A DNA stretch of 64,000 nucleotides, taken from assembly GCF_009914755.1 (NCBI RefSeq), contig NC_060925.1; one strand, given 5' to 3'. Source of the stretch: the human T2T-CHM13v2.0 reference genome, Homo sapiens. A program made the position numbers and the translations under genes. Positions 49,136 to 64,000 of this stretch are shown one piece after another. Below the pieces are notes generated by a model. It saw nothing but the letters and a program-made list of their open reading frames with translations, was not told the origin of the DNA and made no database searches. The number at the start of each line of letters is the position of its first letter. The first letter of the stretch is position 1.

Positions 49136-49229
49136 CCCAGCTCGTATCTTCTATAAGACATAATGGACACTATTGAACCAGGGGTAGGTGATGAGCTCAA
49201 CACTCATAAAGAAGCTTGAGCCTCTAGCA

Positions 49230-49412
49230 TAGTTGTTCTCCAACGTTAGTGTGCATCAGAAACACCTGGAGGGCTTACTAAAACACAGCTGGGCCCCATC
49301 TCAGAGTTCCAGGTTCAGTTAGTTGGTCTGCGGTAGGGCCAAGCAAGCTACATTTGGGACAAGTCCTGGGGGATGCTGATGCTGCTGGTCAGAGGACCAC
49401 ACTTTGAGAGCT
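49230..49412 (+). mobile_element. MER5A
   Basis: GTGCATCAGAAACACCTGGAGGGCTT..GATGCTGATGCTGCTGGTC..GACCACACTTTGAGA. Confidence 0.85.
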
Positions 49413-50540
49413 ATTGCTTTTCATGCCTCTTATGGGGGGCAAATGAAAACTTTCCGTCTCTTGAGTTCTTCACTGTGGTATTGAGATATTAACTACATGC
49501 TTAATCCCCTCTTGCAAAAGTATTTCACACAATGGAGACCATGCTTTTAGGGATCAAGGCTAAGCCCACCCCCTGCAGCTGAGATAGTTTGAAAATGATG
49601 TGTGAATGGTAATTATGCCTGGGGAACATTTGGCAGGAGAGTAGCAAGGGCTAAATTGGAAAAGGGTGGTCCCAGGGAGCCCCAAAAGCATCTCAGTCCC
49701 TGGGAGAGGCTGAGTGTCTAAAGAAGAGAGTTTCTTGGTACCCTCTTGGAAGATGCTGATAAAAAAAAATAAAAGTTCCATAAAGCACATGACAAGAGAG
49801 TAAGAATGCACCTGTCTGGTTCTGTTCACCTCATCAGCATCAATAAATATTTATTGACATCCTGAAATGTCTAGGATGCCAAAAGCAGAACCAAACATTC
49901 TAGAGACACGGATCTTGCCCTCCAAAGAAACCACAATCTGAAGAGAAAACCAAGAAACAGGAGAATTATCTTTGAGAGGCAAGGCAGGGATGCACTCCTC
50001 ATGAAAGATGTAGTTAGTTTTCACAATGGCGGTGAGCCTGAAATGCGCACATAAATTAATGCTTTTGTAAACCGAGTTAGATTTTAAATGCATGAAAGGA
50101 GCCAACTGTTTAAAGGAAACTGGCAGAGAATCTTTCTGCAAAAAGAAGAATCACTTAGTCATGTGAATAGTCGTCATCTCATTTATGGATCTTATTAGCT
50201 TCAATTTTTCATTTTGGTAGATCTGAACAGACTGAAAACAAGTTCATAACAAGTAAAAGGAATTTTTCTGTATCCTTACTTTGGGAAAAGCAAATGACGA
50301 GTTTGTATCAAAGATTGTTAACTGTTTACTGTGTATTTAAGTGGGTCAATTCAGCCAATCCCTAAGATTACATATAGCTATAGTGTGGTTGAATCATGGA
50401 TAGATCAACAGCCTGAGGTCATTTAAAAAATTTAAATGTCTCTATAATTGCCAAAGAATGCTGACTTGTGTTAAGTATATTTTCTTGGACTTTGAGTCAT
50501 TGGAAGTTGGTAATTGAAACATGGTAAATATGATTACTCT

Positions 50541-50750
50541 CAGATGGGATTTCTCAACCTTCGTGCTAGTGACAGGCATTTGGGCCAGATAATTCTCTGA
50601 TGTGAGGGGCTGTCCTGTATGTTGCAGGATGTCCAGCAGCATCCCTGGCTTCTACTCATTGGATGCTAGTAACACCAACCCAGGTGCAAAAATTGAAAAT
50701 GTCCCCGTGCATTAGCACATGCCCCATGCGGGAGAGGGCAGCAAAATGGC
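50541..50750 (-). mobile_element. MER20
   Basis: TTTCTCAACCT..GGGGCTGTCCTGTATGTTGCAGGATGTCCAGCAGCATCCCTGG. Confidence 0.8.
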
Positions 50751-50911
50751 CTCATCAAAGATGATTATTTATTGCTCTAAAATAACGGGAATATTCAGTC
50801 AGCATCCCTTCTTCTCAGATGATTCTGTATTGAGTTTTCTCAAAGCAAAGCTCACTTCCTCTTGAGTCGCACCCTGTGATTCATTGTTGATTACAAGTGG
50901 CAAAGAAACTA

Positions 50912-51300
50912 TGCATTCATTTATTCACTCACAATACATGTATTCAGTGCCTGCTCTGTGCCTAGCTGTGGTGGTGAGCAAAATGATCAAGGTTCTTGCC
51001 CTCGAGGAGATTGTAGTCTAGTGGGAATGTCAGGTGGTCAACAAATGAACAAATTAATAACTAATTATATAAAATCACGTAACAGAAACAGGGGATAGAG
51101 ATAGAAACTAATACAAAAGAGCCTATGTAGACAGAGTAACCTGAGAGGGGCCCCCTGAGGAGGTGCCATTTCAGCTACAGCCTGTAGGATGAGTAGGAGG
51201 TTGCCACGTGACCAGCTGGAGGGACTATAATTCATAAAAAGAAAGCTGGAGGTAGGTAGTACTGAACAAGGACTGTAAGAGGTAGCTTTCTGGGAAGTGG
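50912..51300 (-). mobile_element. L2 3' fragment
   Basis: CATTCATTTATTCACTCAC..CTTGCCCTCGAGGAG..AGTCTAGTGGG. Confidence 0.65.
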
Positions 51301-51318
51301 ATATAGTCTCATTGCTCC

Positions 51319-51346
51319 AGTATTTGTTAGGGTTCTCCTGAAAAAC

Positions 51347-51384
<38 letters not shown>

Positions 51385-51803
51385 TATAATTATAAGGAAT
51401 TGGCAAAGGAGATCATGGAGACTGAGAAATCCCACAATCTGCTGTCTGCAATCTGGAGACCCAGGAAAGCTGTTCATATAAATTCCAGTCTAAGTCCAAA
51501 GGCCTGAGAACCAGGAGTCCTGATGGTGTAAGTCCCGGTCCAAGAGCAAGAGAAGACTGATGTCCCAACTCAAGTCAGGCAGAGAGACAGAATTCAACCT
51601 TCTTCTGCCTTTTTGTCAATAAATATTCAGACCCTCACTTTGGGAAGGGCAAACTGCTTAAGTGAGTCCAATCAAGTTAACTGTTTAACTTGATTCAAAT
51701 GCTAATCTCTTCCAGAAACGCCCTCACAGCCCAACCCAGAAATAATGTTTAACCAGATGTCCAGGCAGCCCATGGCCCAGTCAAGTTGACACATAAAATT
51801 AAC
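51319..51803 (-). mobile_element. MLT2 (ERVL) LTR with (TA)n at ~51350-51377
   Basis: TTAGGGTTCTCC..GGAATTGGC..CAGTCAAGTTGACACATAAAATTAAC. Confidence 0.88.
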
Positions 51804-53755
51804 AAAGTTAACCAAAGCAAAAGTTTGTCTTCTTTTTCTAGGGAAAGGGATGCATTCCACAGAGTCCTAGGATCCTGGGAGACAGGCCTGGAGTGGTGTG
51901 TTCCTTCTCTGACCCCAAGGTGATGTGTAAGATGAAAAGATGGCTTCAGATTTCATGGGGAATCGAGGCTTATATTAAAGATGAAAGTTGTGCCTCTTCA
52001 CTAAGTAAGATGTAATTTGCTAGGGATTTGGTTGTCCAGGTTGTTACTTAAACGGATCTTACATAAAGTGGAAAACAAAATCCCTCCCATTTGTGCAAAA
52101 GGTAGTACTTTTGCCAGGGAGTGTAAACTAACATAAGCCAATCTCACCATGTGCACATATTTAGTTCTTCGTGGTAGTTACTGACGTTCATGTCCATCAG
52201 TAGTTGGAGGAGGTTGATAATTAGCTACTCTCCTGCAACTTTGCTACCAGGTTATAATAAAAGCACTTCTCAGACCAAACCCTGTGCCATATGCAGACAC
52301 TTATTAGTAAGCAGACACTAGGCTCTAAAACTTGATGTTTAAGATCAACAAAATCCCAGCTGCCTGTCCTTGTAGGTGTCCTGACCACACCTCACATGGA
52401 CCACTCACCCCAGGCAGTTATGACAGCACTCAAGAGGCAGGAGAGAGCTAATCTCACAATGATCATCAGGCAACCCAAATCCTCCAAACTATCAGCTGAA
52501 TGAACGAATGTTTGGGGGATCAAGTCTCAAGTACCATCCCTGTGGGAGAAGGGGACAGCGTCTGCAAGCTGTTCAGATCCCCTTCAGGCAAGGATGAGGA
52601 GCTTCGGGAAAATATCTTAGCCAAACCTCTCATCTTGAATACTCACCAGTGAGAACTCACTTATTATATCCATTATGCTAAATAACGAGCCCTTTTTTTT
52701 CACCAATGAAAACCCATTTGGAACTTTCTTTGAGCTAATTAGCAAAGTCTCTAGTGATGATCAAAGTTCAGTGGTAAAGAAAGATGAAGACGCCCTTCTG
52801 GGAACAGCCTCAGGAGTGTGGCCTTTCTGATTAAATGCTGGAGTCCACTCTCAGAATGTAGATTCCTGGTCAGGACCGCGGACTGCCCCTCGAGTGTAGT
52901 TTAAGCCAATTGACATATACATATCATCACGCTCCCTGTACTGCAGGATTTTAAAGTAAATTGCATGCATCAAAACAGGCAGACATAGCCTGAATCTGTC
53001 CTGGAAATGAGTATGGGAAAAGGAGGTCAGTAAATTTAACAATCTGATTAACCAAGAGCGATCACACAAGTCCTATTGAGCTCGTCCATTTTCAAAGAAT
53101 TAAAGTCCAATTAACTATACTTTACCCAAACTCTAGAGCACCTCAGCCTTTTGGGGGCAGAGGCCAACACAGACTTTCAGCTTGGCTTGGGAATCTGTTG
53201 CAGCTACAGCTCCAGGTTAACAGCTTCCAGCCTTTTCCAAAAAGATGACTCCTAATTTAATGACCTCTATTGAAGGTCAGTTGTATTTTAGCGTCTATTA
53301 ACTGAGAAAATAATAATGAAAAAATTGTTATGAATTCAGCACACTGTCTTTTATTAGTCACAATAGCATCATACACACTTCAGAAAGAGTGCAGGAGGTT
53401 AGATTCAAAAATAAGGGACCATCACAGAAAGCCAAACCACTAGGAAGGCCCCAGGTATGCTAGACACCTAGGCACTGTCTCTCCATAAGTCAGTCCAACA
53501 CAGACAGCCTTCTCCCAGCACTAGAGCAGATGGCTTGCTTCTCACCCAAGCCCGAGATAAAATAGGTGTCTTGTATTTAGAGCCATACCGTAGGAATACT
53601 GTGTATCTTCAACACTGGGATCACGTGTTTCCCACAGGCAAGATGCTCATACTAAGAGGCCCTGAAAACCAAGCCCACTAAGATTAAACCAATCTGCATT
53701 TTTCATCTCATGCTCAGCATAAAGTGTAAGGTCACTGCATGAAATGACACGTGGA

Positions 53756-54082
<327 letters not shown>

Positions 54083-54404
54083 TCATATGTGTACAATACC
54101 CTCAACACAAAGTCATTGGAGTATGTATGGAGCCAAGGCCCCCTTGCAAATACTCCAGGGGACCCTGGCCTCGCATGACTTTGGGTCATTAGTTAACACA
54201 CAGATAAGTCTGATGCAAGCAACAGAAAAGAGGAGTGTTCATGGACCCAGCACCTGAACACAGTGAGGGAGAATACCAACTGATTTCCCATTTCCTGTGG
54301 GAATGTTACCATCTCAATCATCATCGAAAGTATGCATTTAGCCCCCAAATGTGCATGGCCCTGTACATGCATCATACCCAGAAAGAATACAGTACTTTCA
54401 TCAG

Positions 54405-54797
54405 TGATATGGCTTGAATATGTCCCCCAAAGTTTATGTGTTGGAAGCTAATCCCCAAAGCAACAGAGTTGAAAGATGGGACCATTAGGAGGTAACTAGG
54501 AGGTAACTAGGTTATAAGGGGTCTTCCCTCATAAATGGATTAATGGCCTTATCTCGGGAGTAGATTAGTTATTGTGGGAGTGGGTTCCTGATAAAAAGGA
54601 TGAGTTCAGCCTTTCCTTCTCAATCTCACTCTCTCTTGCTCTTCTACCATGAAATGACATAGCACAAAGGCCTTCACCAGATGCCAGCACTATGCTCTTC
54701 AACTTCCCGGGCTCCAGAACCATGAGCCAAATAAATATCTATTATAAATTACTCAGTTTGTGGTATTATCTTGTAACAATAAAAAATGGACTAAAAT
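54405..54797 (+). mobile_element. MSTC/D-like MaLR LTR
   Basis: TGATATGG..TCCCCCAAAG..GAGCCAAATAAAT..TATAAATTACTCAG..ATGGACTAA. Confidence 0.85.
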
Positions 54798-55926
54798 GAT
54801 GAGAAATAAATTCTAAAGCAGTATATATCAGCATCACTCAGAGCCATGTCCTAACTACATAACCTTGGGCAAATCATATGACCTCTGTGTGCAGTGTGTT
54901 ATGGTTAAATGGGATAACCCAGATGAAACATATAGTAAGTGTTCAATAAAAGAAGACAAGCAGATTAGTCATAGTCTGGGTATAAAATAATTGCATCAAG
55001 GCAGCAACAACAAACTAAAAATTATTCTGTAAAATGAAATTGTTTTTGCTATGTATGTTTTTGTTTGCAAAGCAAATACTTCTATAATGTATTAGTTGCT
55101 GGTGCTGAGTACCAAATAGGATTTGTTTAATATCAAGATCTTTCCTATCAGCCAGACATTTGTATTTTTTATGATGGAGAAGAAATGTCTTCCTGCATAA
55201 TAACTAAAGGAAGGTAGCTACTTAGCCATTCTCCCATTCTTGTTATTTCCAAGTGAAAGCTAGTGGGAAACAGAGTACTTTGTTGAAGTGCTTAAATGGA
55301 AGCCATTCTAAGTTGGCTAGCTGCTCAGTATAATATAGACATTACAAAATAACATGAGGGCAGGAATCAACCCACCCTTAAGGTCTTTTTAACTGGTAAT
55401 TGGTTTCCTATCCATCAATCGACCATTCCTTAAGCTTCTGTCTGTTCCAGAGATGACAAATGTGAAGGTGCCTTGTAGAAATTGGAGGAGGCAGGTCCAA
55501 GGGGCCACCACATCAGTGGAAAGACGGTGCATTATGAGAGCGATTGGTCTCATTCGCCTTTAGCTCAAAGAAAATGTTCTCCATGGCAACAATGACAGTA
55601 GAAAACGTAAGAAATAGCAGTTCCAACAAGCAGAGAAACAGTCTCTAGCCTTTTCAATTCTCAACAATCTCGACTCCTCATACTCTATTTTTCACAATGG
55701 GCCAGGTCGCTGGCAGTAGTTAGAGCTGCTGTTGCAGCTGACATAACACTGTCTACTGGTGAGTCATTGGCAAGCTTTACTGGGCAACAAAACTAAGGTT
55801 TTCAAAATTTAATGTCTGTTTAGGGCATGCAACTGACTTTTCTAGTATGGAAAGCCTGCTGCTAACTCCATGGCCACAGGTGAGGTCCCAGGCATATAGT
55901 GATGACCTACCTTGTTTGGTTCAAGT

Positions 55927-56131
55927 CAGCATTTCTCAACTTCGGCACTATTCATTCTGCCAGCTCATTCTTTGTGCTCGGAGGCTGTCTACAGGTTTTA
56001 GCAACATCCCTGATCTCTACCCACTTGATGCCAGTAACATCGTCTCTTCCCAAATGGAAAAACTGAGAATGTCTCCAGACATTATCAAATGTCCCCTGGA
56101 GTACAAAATTACCCCCAGCTGACAACCACTG
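55927..56131 (-). mobile_element. MER20
   Basis: TTTCTCAACTTCGGCACTATT..TAGCAACATCCCTG..GTCTCCAGACATT..GACAACCACTG. Confidence 0.8.
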
Positions 56132-56474
56132 GCTTAAATGAAGATCCTAGTAGGCCAACCATTGCTGGAGCCAGAATTTTTAAATGTATTTTTTTTCATG
56201 TATTTGTTTATTAATTTAACAAATGTTTAGTAAGACCTTACTCAGTGCTAGGTGCTCTTCTAACCATTGGGTATTCACCAGTGAACTAGGTCCCATATGA
56301 CACAACATGTAAGCAAACACATAAGACGTTTATGGAATTTCAGCAAGACCTGATAGATTTTGGAAAATATGCTTATCAGTAATGGGAGTAAACTTCAATT
56401 ATTAATTCTTACTATCAAAGTTAATTTGAAGCCACCTACAATAAAAGGCTTATCCTTTAAAAGAAAAGTAAACG

Positions 56475-59400
56475 GGAGGAGGAGCAGAGCAAGCTGGCTG
56501 AATAGAAGTCTCCACCAATCATCCCCCAATTTAACAACTATCTGCACGAAGAAACAACCTTCATGAGAACCAAAAATCAGGTGAATACTCCCAGTTCCTG
56601 GTTTTAACTTTATATAGCTGAAAGGAGCAGTGAAGACAGTAGGAAAGAGTCTTAAACTGTCGACATTACCCCCTTTCCCATCTCCTGGTAGTGACCGCAT
56701 GGCATGAAGAGAGAATCTGAGTCCTTATGAGAGGGTGAGTGCAGCAATTATGAGACATTGCATTGAACTCAGTGCTGCCCCGTCACAGCAGAATGCAAAA
56801 CCAAGCTGAACTCAGCAGATGCCTGCCCGCAGAGGGAATATTTAAACCAGCCCTAGCCAGAGGGGGATATTCCATCCAGGCAGTAGGAACTTGAGTTCTG
56901 GCAAGCCTTTCCACTGAAGACTAAAATGCTCTGAAACTCTAAATAAACTTGAAAGGCAGTCTAGGCCACAAAGATTGAAACTCCTAGGTAAGTCCTTGTG
57001 CTGAACTGGTCTCAGAACCAATGGACTTGGGGAGCATGTGACATACTAAGACAACAGCTGGGACAGCTAAGGGAGTGCATGCACTGATCCCCCGCCAAAC
57101 CGAGGCTGCACAGCTTGCAGCTCCAAAAGAGATTCCTTCCTTCTGCTTGAGGAGAGAAGATGGAAGACTAAAGAAGACATTGACCTGCATCTAGAATGCC
57201 AGCTCAGCCACAATACAGCACCAGTTAGTCATGAGGCCCCATTTCCAGGCCTGAGCTCCCAGACAACATTTCTAGACACATGCTGGGCCAGAAGCAGACC
57301 AACTGGCCTGAAAGGAAGGATGCAGTCCTCGTAGGACCCATCACCTGCTGACTAAAGAGTCCTTGGGCCCTGAACAACTGGCAGAAATAACCAAGTAGTA
57401 CACCATGGTCCTTGGGTGAGACTCTGAGGCTTGCTGGCTTCAGGTGAGACTCAGCACATTCTCAGCTACTATGGCTACAGGGAGAGACTCCTTCCGATTG
57501 AGAAAAGTAGGGGGAAAAGTAAACAGGACTTTGTTTTTCACCTTAGGTACCTGCTCAGCCACAGAGAAGTAAAGCACCAAGCAGGCTTTCAGGGTCCCTG
57601 ATTTCAGGCCTTGGCTCTTAGACAACGTCTATGCACCTTCCCTGGGGCAGAGGAGAGACCACTGTCCTGAAGGGTGAGTCCTAGGCCTGCCAACATTCAC
57701 CATAAGCTGACTGAAGAGCCATTGGACCTTAAGGGTATATTGATGGTGGCCTGGCAATACTCCCCATAGGCCTGTGGGGGTGGTGGCCATGGGATGAGGT
57801 TCCTCTGCCTGTGGAAAGGGGAGGAAAGAATGGGAAGGACTGTGTCTCATGGTTTGAGTGCCAGCTCAGCCACAGTACAATAGAACACCAGGTAGATTTC
57901 TAAGATTTTGACTCTAATCCCTGAGTCCTGGACAGCATCTCTAGACTGACCTAGTGCCTGGGGGAGCTTGCCACCTTGGCTGGCTTCACCACTTGCTGGA
58001 TTGTGGAGCCCCAGGGCCTTGAGCAAACACAGGCAGTAGCCAAGCAGTGGTTATAGTGGGCCTTAGGCGAGACCCAGTGTTATGCTGGCTTCAGGTCTAA
58101 CCCAGCACAGTCCCGGTGGTGGTGGGCACAGAGGTGTTTATATCACCCCACCTCCAGCTCCAGACAGCTCAGAACAGAGAGACTCCATTTGTTTGAGAGA
58201 ACATAATGGAAAAGAACAAGAGTCTGCCTGGTAATCCAGAGAATTCCTGTGAATCTTATCCAAGACTACCAAGGCAGTACCTCTGTGAGGCTGCAAGAAG
58301 CACATCACTATTGGGCTTGGGGTGCCCCCTAATGCAGATATGACTTAGACCACAACACTCAAGTCATTTTGAAAACCTGGAAAGCCTTTCCAAGAAGGAT
58401 GGGTACAAACAAGCCCAGATAGAGAAGACTACAATAAATACCTAACTCTTCAATACCCAGACACAAACAAACATAAGCATCCAGACCATCCAAGAAAACA
58501 TGAACTCAACAAATGAACTAAATAAGACACCAGGAACCTATTTGAAGAAACAGAGATATGTGACCTTTCCAAGAATTCAAAAGTGCTGTGTTGAAGAAAC
58601 TTAAAGAAATTCAAGATAACACAAAGAAGAAAATCAGAATTCTATCAGATAAATTTAACAAAGAGGTTGAAATAATTGAAAAGAACCAAGCAGAAATTCT
58701 AGAGTTGGAAAACGCAATTAACATACTAAAAAATACATCAGAGTTTTTTAATAGCAGAATTGATCAAGCAGCAGAAATAAGTAATGAGGCTGAAGACAGA
58801 CCATTTGAAAATACACAGTCAGAGGAAACAAAAAGAAAACGAATAAAAAAGAATGAAGCACACCTATGAGATCTAGAAAAATAGCCCCAAAAGGGCAAAT
58901 CTAAAATTTATTAACCCTAAAGAGGAGATAGAGAAAGAGACAGGGGTAGAAAGTTTAGTAAAAGGGATAATAACACAAAACATCCCAAACCTAGAGAAAG
59001 ATACCAATATCCAAATACAAGAAAGTTATAGAATACCAAGCAGTTTAACCCAAAGAAGACTACATCAAGGCATTTAATAATCAAACTTTCAAACATCAAG
59101 GATAAACAAAGGATCCTAAAAGTAGTGAGAGAAAATAAATGACATACATCTGGCAACATAGTCCTTCCCATTCTTCCCTCCCCTTCTGAGGCAGAGGAGT
59201 CTCATCCCATGGCCATCATCCCACAGAGCTATGGAGAGTATTGCCAAGCCACCACTGGAGCACCCAGGTATGTATGTGTGTATATATAGACAAAAACTGT
59301 AAGAGTCAAAGAAGCTGACTATATAATGACAAAGGGATTGATACATCAGAAAGGTATAACAATTTTACATATATGTGCACCCAACACTGGAGCACTCAGA

Positions 59401-60470
59401 TATATAAAGCAAATATTATTAGAGCTAAAGAGAGAGATGCAACCTACAAGGACTGAACCATGAGCCATTCTAAACTCATCCTATGATGCCAGTATTACCC
59501 TGCTACCAAAACCGGACAATCAAAAAAAAAAAATTGTAGGCCAATATCACTGATGAATACTGACACAAAAATATTGAACAAAACACTAGAAAACCGACTT
59601 CAACAACACATTAAAAAGACTGTTCATTATGACCAAGTGGGATTTATCCTCAGGATGCAAGAATGGTTCAACACATGCAAATCAATTAATCTGATACATC
59701 ATATCAATGGACTAAAGGACAAAAACCATATGATCATTTCAATTGATGCTGAAAAAGTAGCCGATAAATTCAACAGCCATTCACGATAAAAACCCTCAAA
59801 AAACTAGGTATAGAAGGAACATAACACAACATAATAAAAGCCATATATAAAAGACCAATAGTTAATATCATGCTGAATGGGAAAAAACGGAAAGCCTTTT
59901 CTCTAAGATCAGGAACACAACAAGGATGCCCACTGTCACCACTGTTATTCAAAATAGTACTGGAAGTTATAGTTAGAGCAACCAGAAGACAAGAGAATGA
60001 AATAAAGAGCATCCAAATTGGAAAGGAAGAAGTCAAATATCCTTGTTTGAAGATGATACAATCTTATATTTGGAAAAAACATAAGACTCCACCAAAAAAC
60101 TATTAGAACTGATCAACATATTTAGTAAAGTTGCAGGATACAAAATCAAGATACAAAAATCAGTAGCACTTATATATCCCAACTGTGAACAATCTGAAAA
60201 CGAAATCAAGAAAGTAATCCCACTGACAATAGCTACAAATAAAATACCTAGGAATTAACTAAAGGGAAAAATCTCTACAATGAAAACTATAAAATATTGA
60301 TGCAAGAAATTGAAGAAGACACCAAAAAAAAGATATTCCATTTTCAAGGACTGGAACAATCAATATTGCTTAAATGTCCATACTACCCAATGCAATCTAC
60401 AGATTTAATGCAGTCCCTATCAAAATAACAATATCAAAATACCATTCTTCACAGAAATAGAAGAAACAAT
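56475..60470 (+). mobile_element. Older L1 (L1MA/L1PB-type 5' end): long 5'UTR, ORF1, internally deleted ORF2
   Basis: GAGCAAGCTGGCTGAATAGAAG 5' end; ORF1 coiled-coil 58588-58869; RT fragments 59553-59789 and 59870-60106; cut by a young L1 at 60471. Confidence 0.88.

Positions 60471-64000
<3,530 letters not shown>

Overview
Primate (human or great-ape-like) non-coding DNA, probably intergenic or deep intronic. I find no supportable host protein-coding exon, RNA gene or CRISPR array. Much of the window is interspersed repeat: about 17 Alu/FLAM copies; a near full-length, decayed L1PA7/8-like element (33573-40000, -); an internally deleted older L1 (56475-60470, +) interrupted by a young L1PA2/3-like element running off the right edge; older L1M, L2 and MIR fragments; MaLR/ERV LTRs; and hAT-type DNA transposon fossils. 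All long ORFs are L1 remnants or chance frames in repeats. Subfamily names come from recalled consensus sequences and boundaries are approximate. The most unusual features are locally templated rearrangements: (1) a ~350-bp inverted duplication of an L2+MER33 block pasted into a MER5A about 900 bp away; (2) an inverted copy of an L1's own 5'UTR at an internal-deletion junction; (3) an L2-derived ~70-bp minisatellite with ABABA alternation split by an Alu; (4) small fold-back palindromes. Several repeat-free islands rich in homeodomain/SOX/FOX motifs are candidate enhancers. I see no convincing new biological system; these are structural and evolutionary leads.
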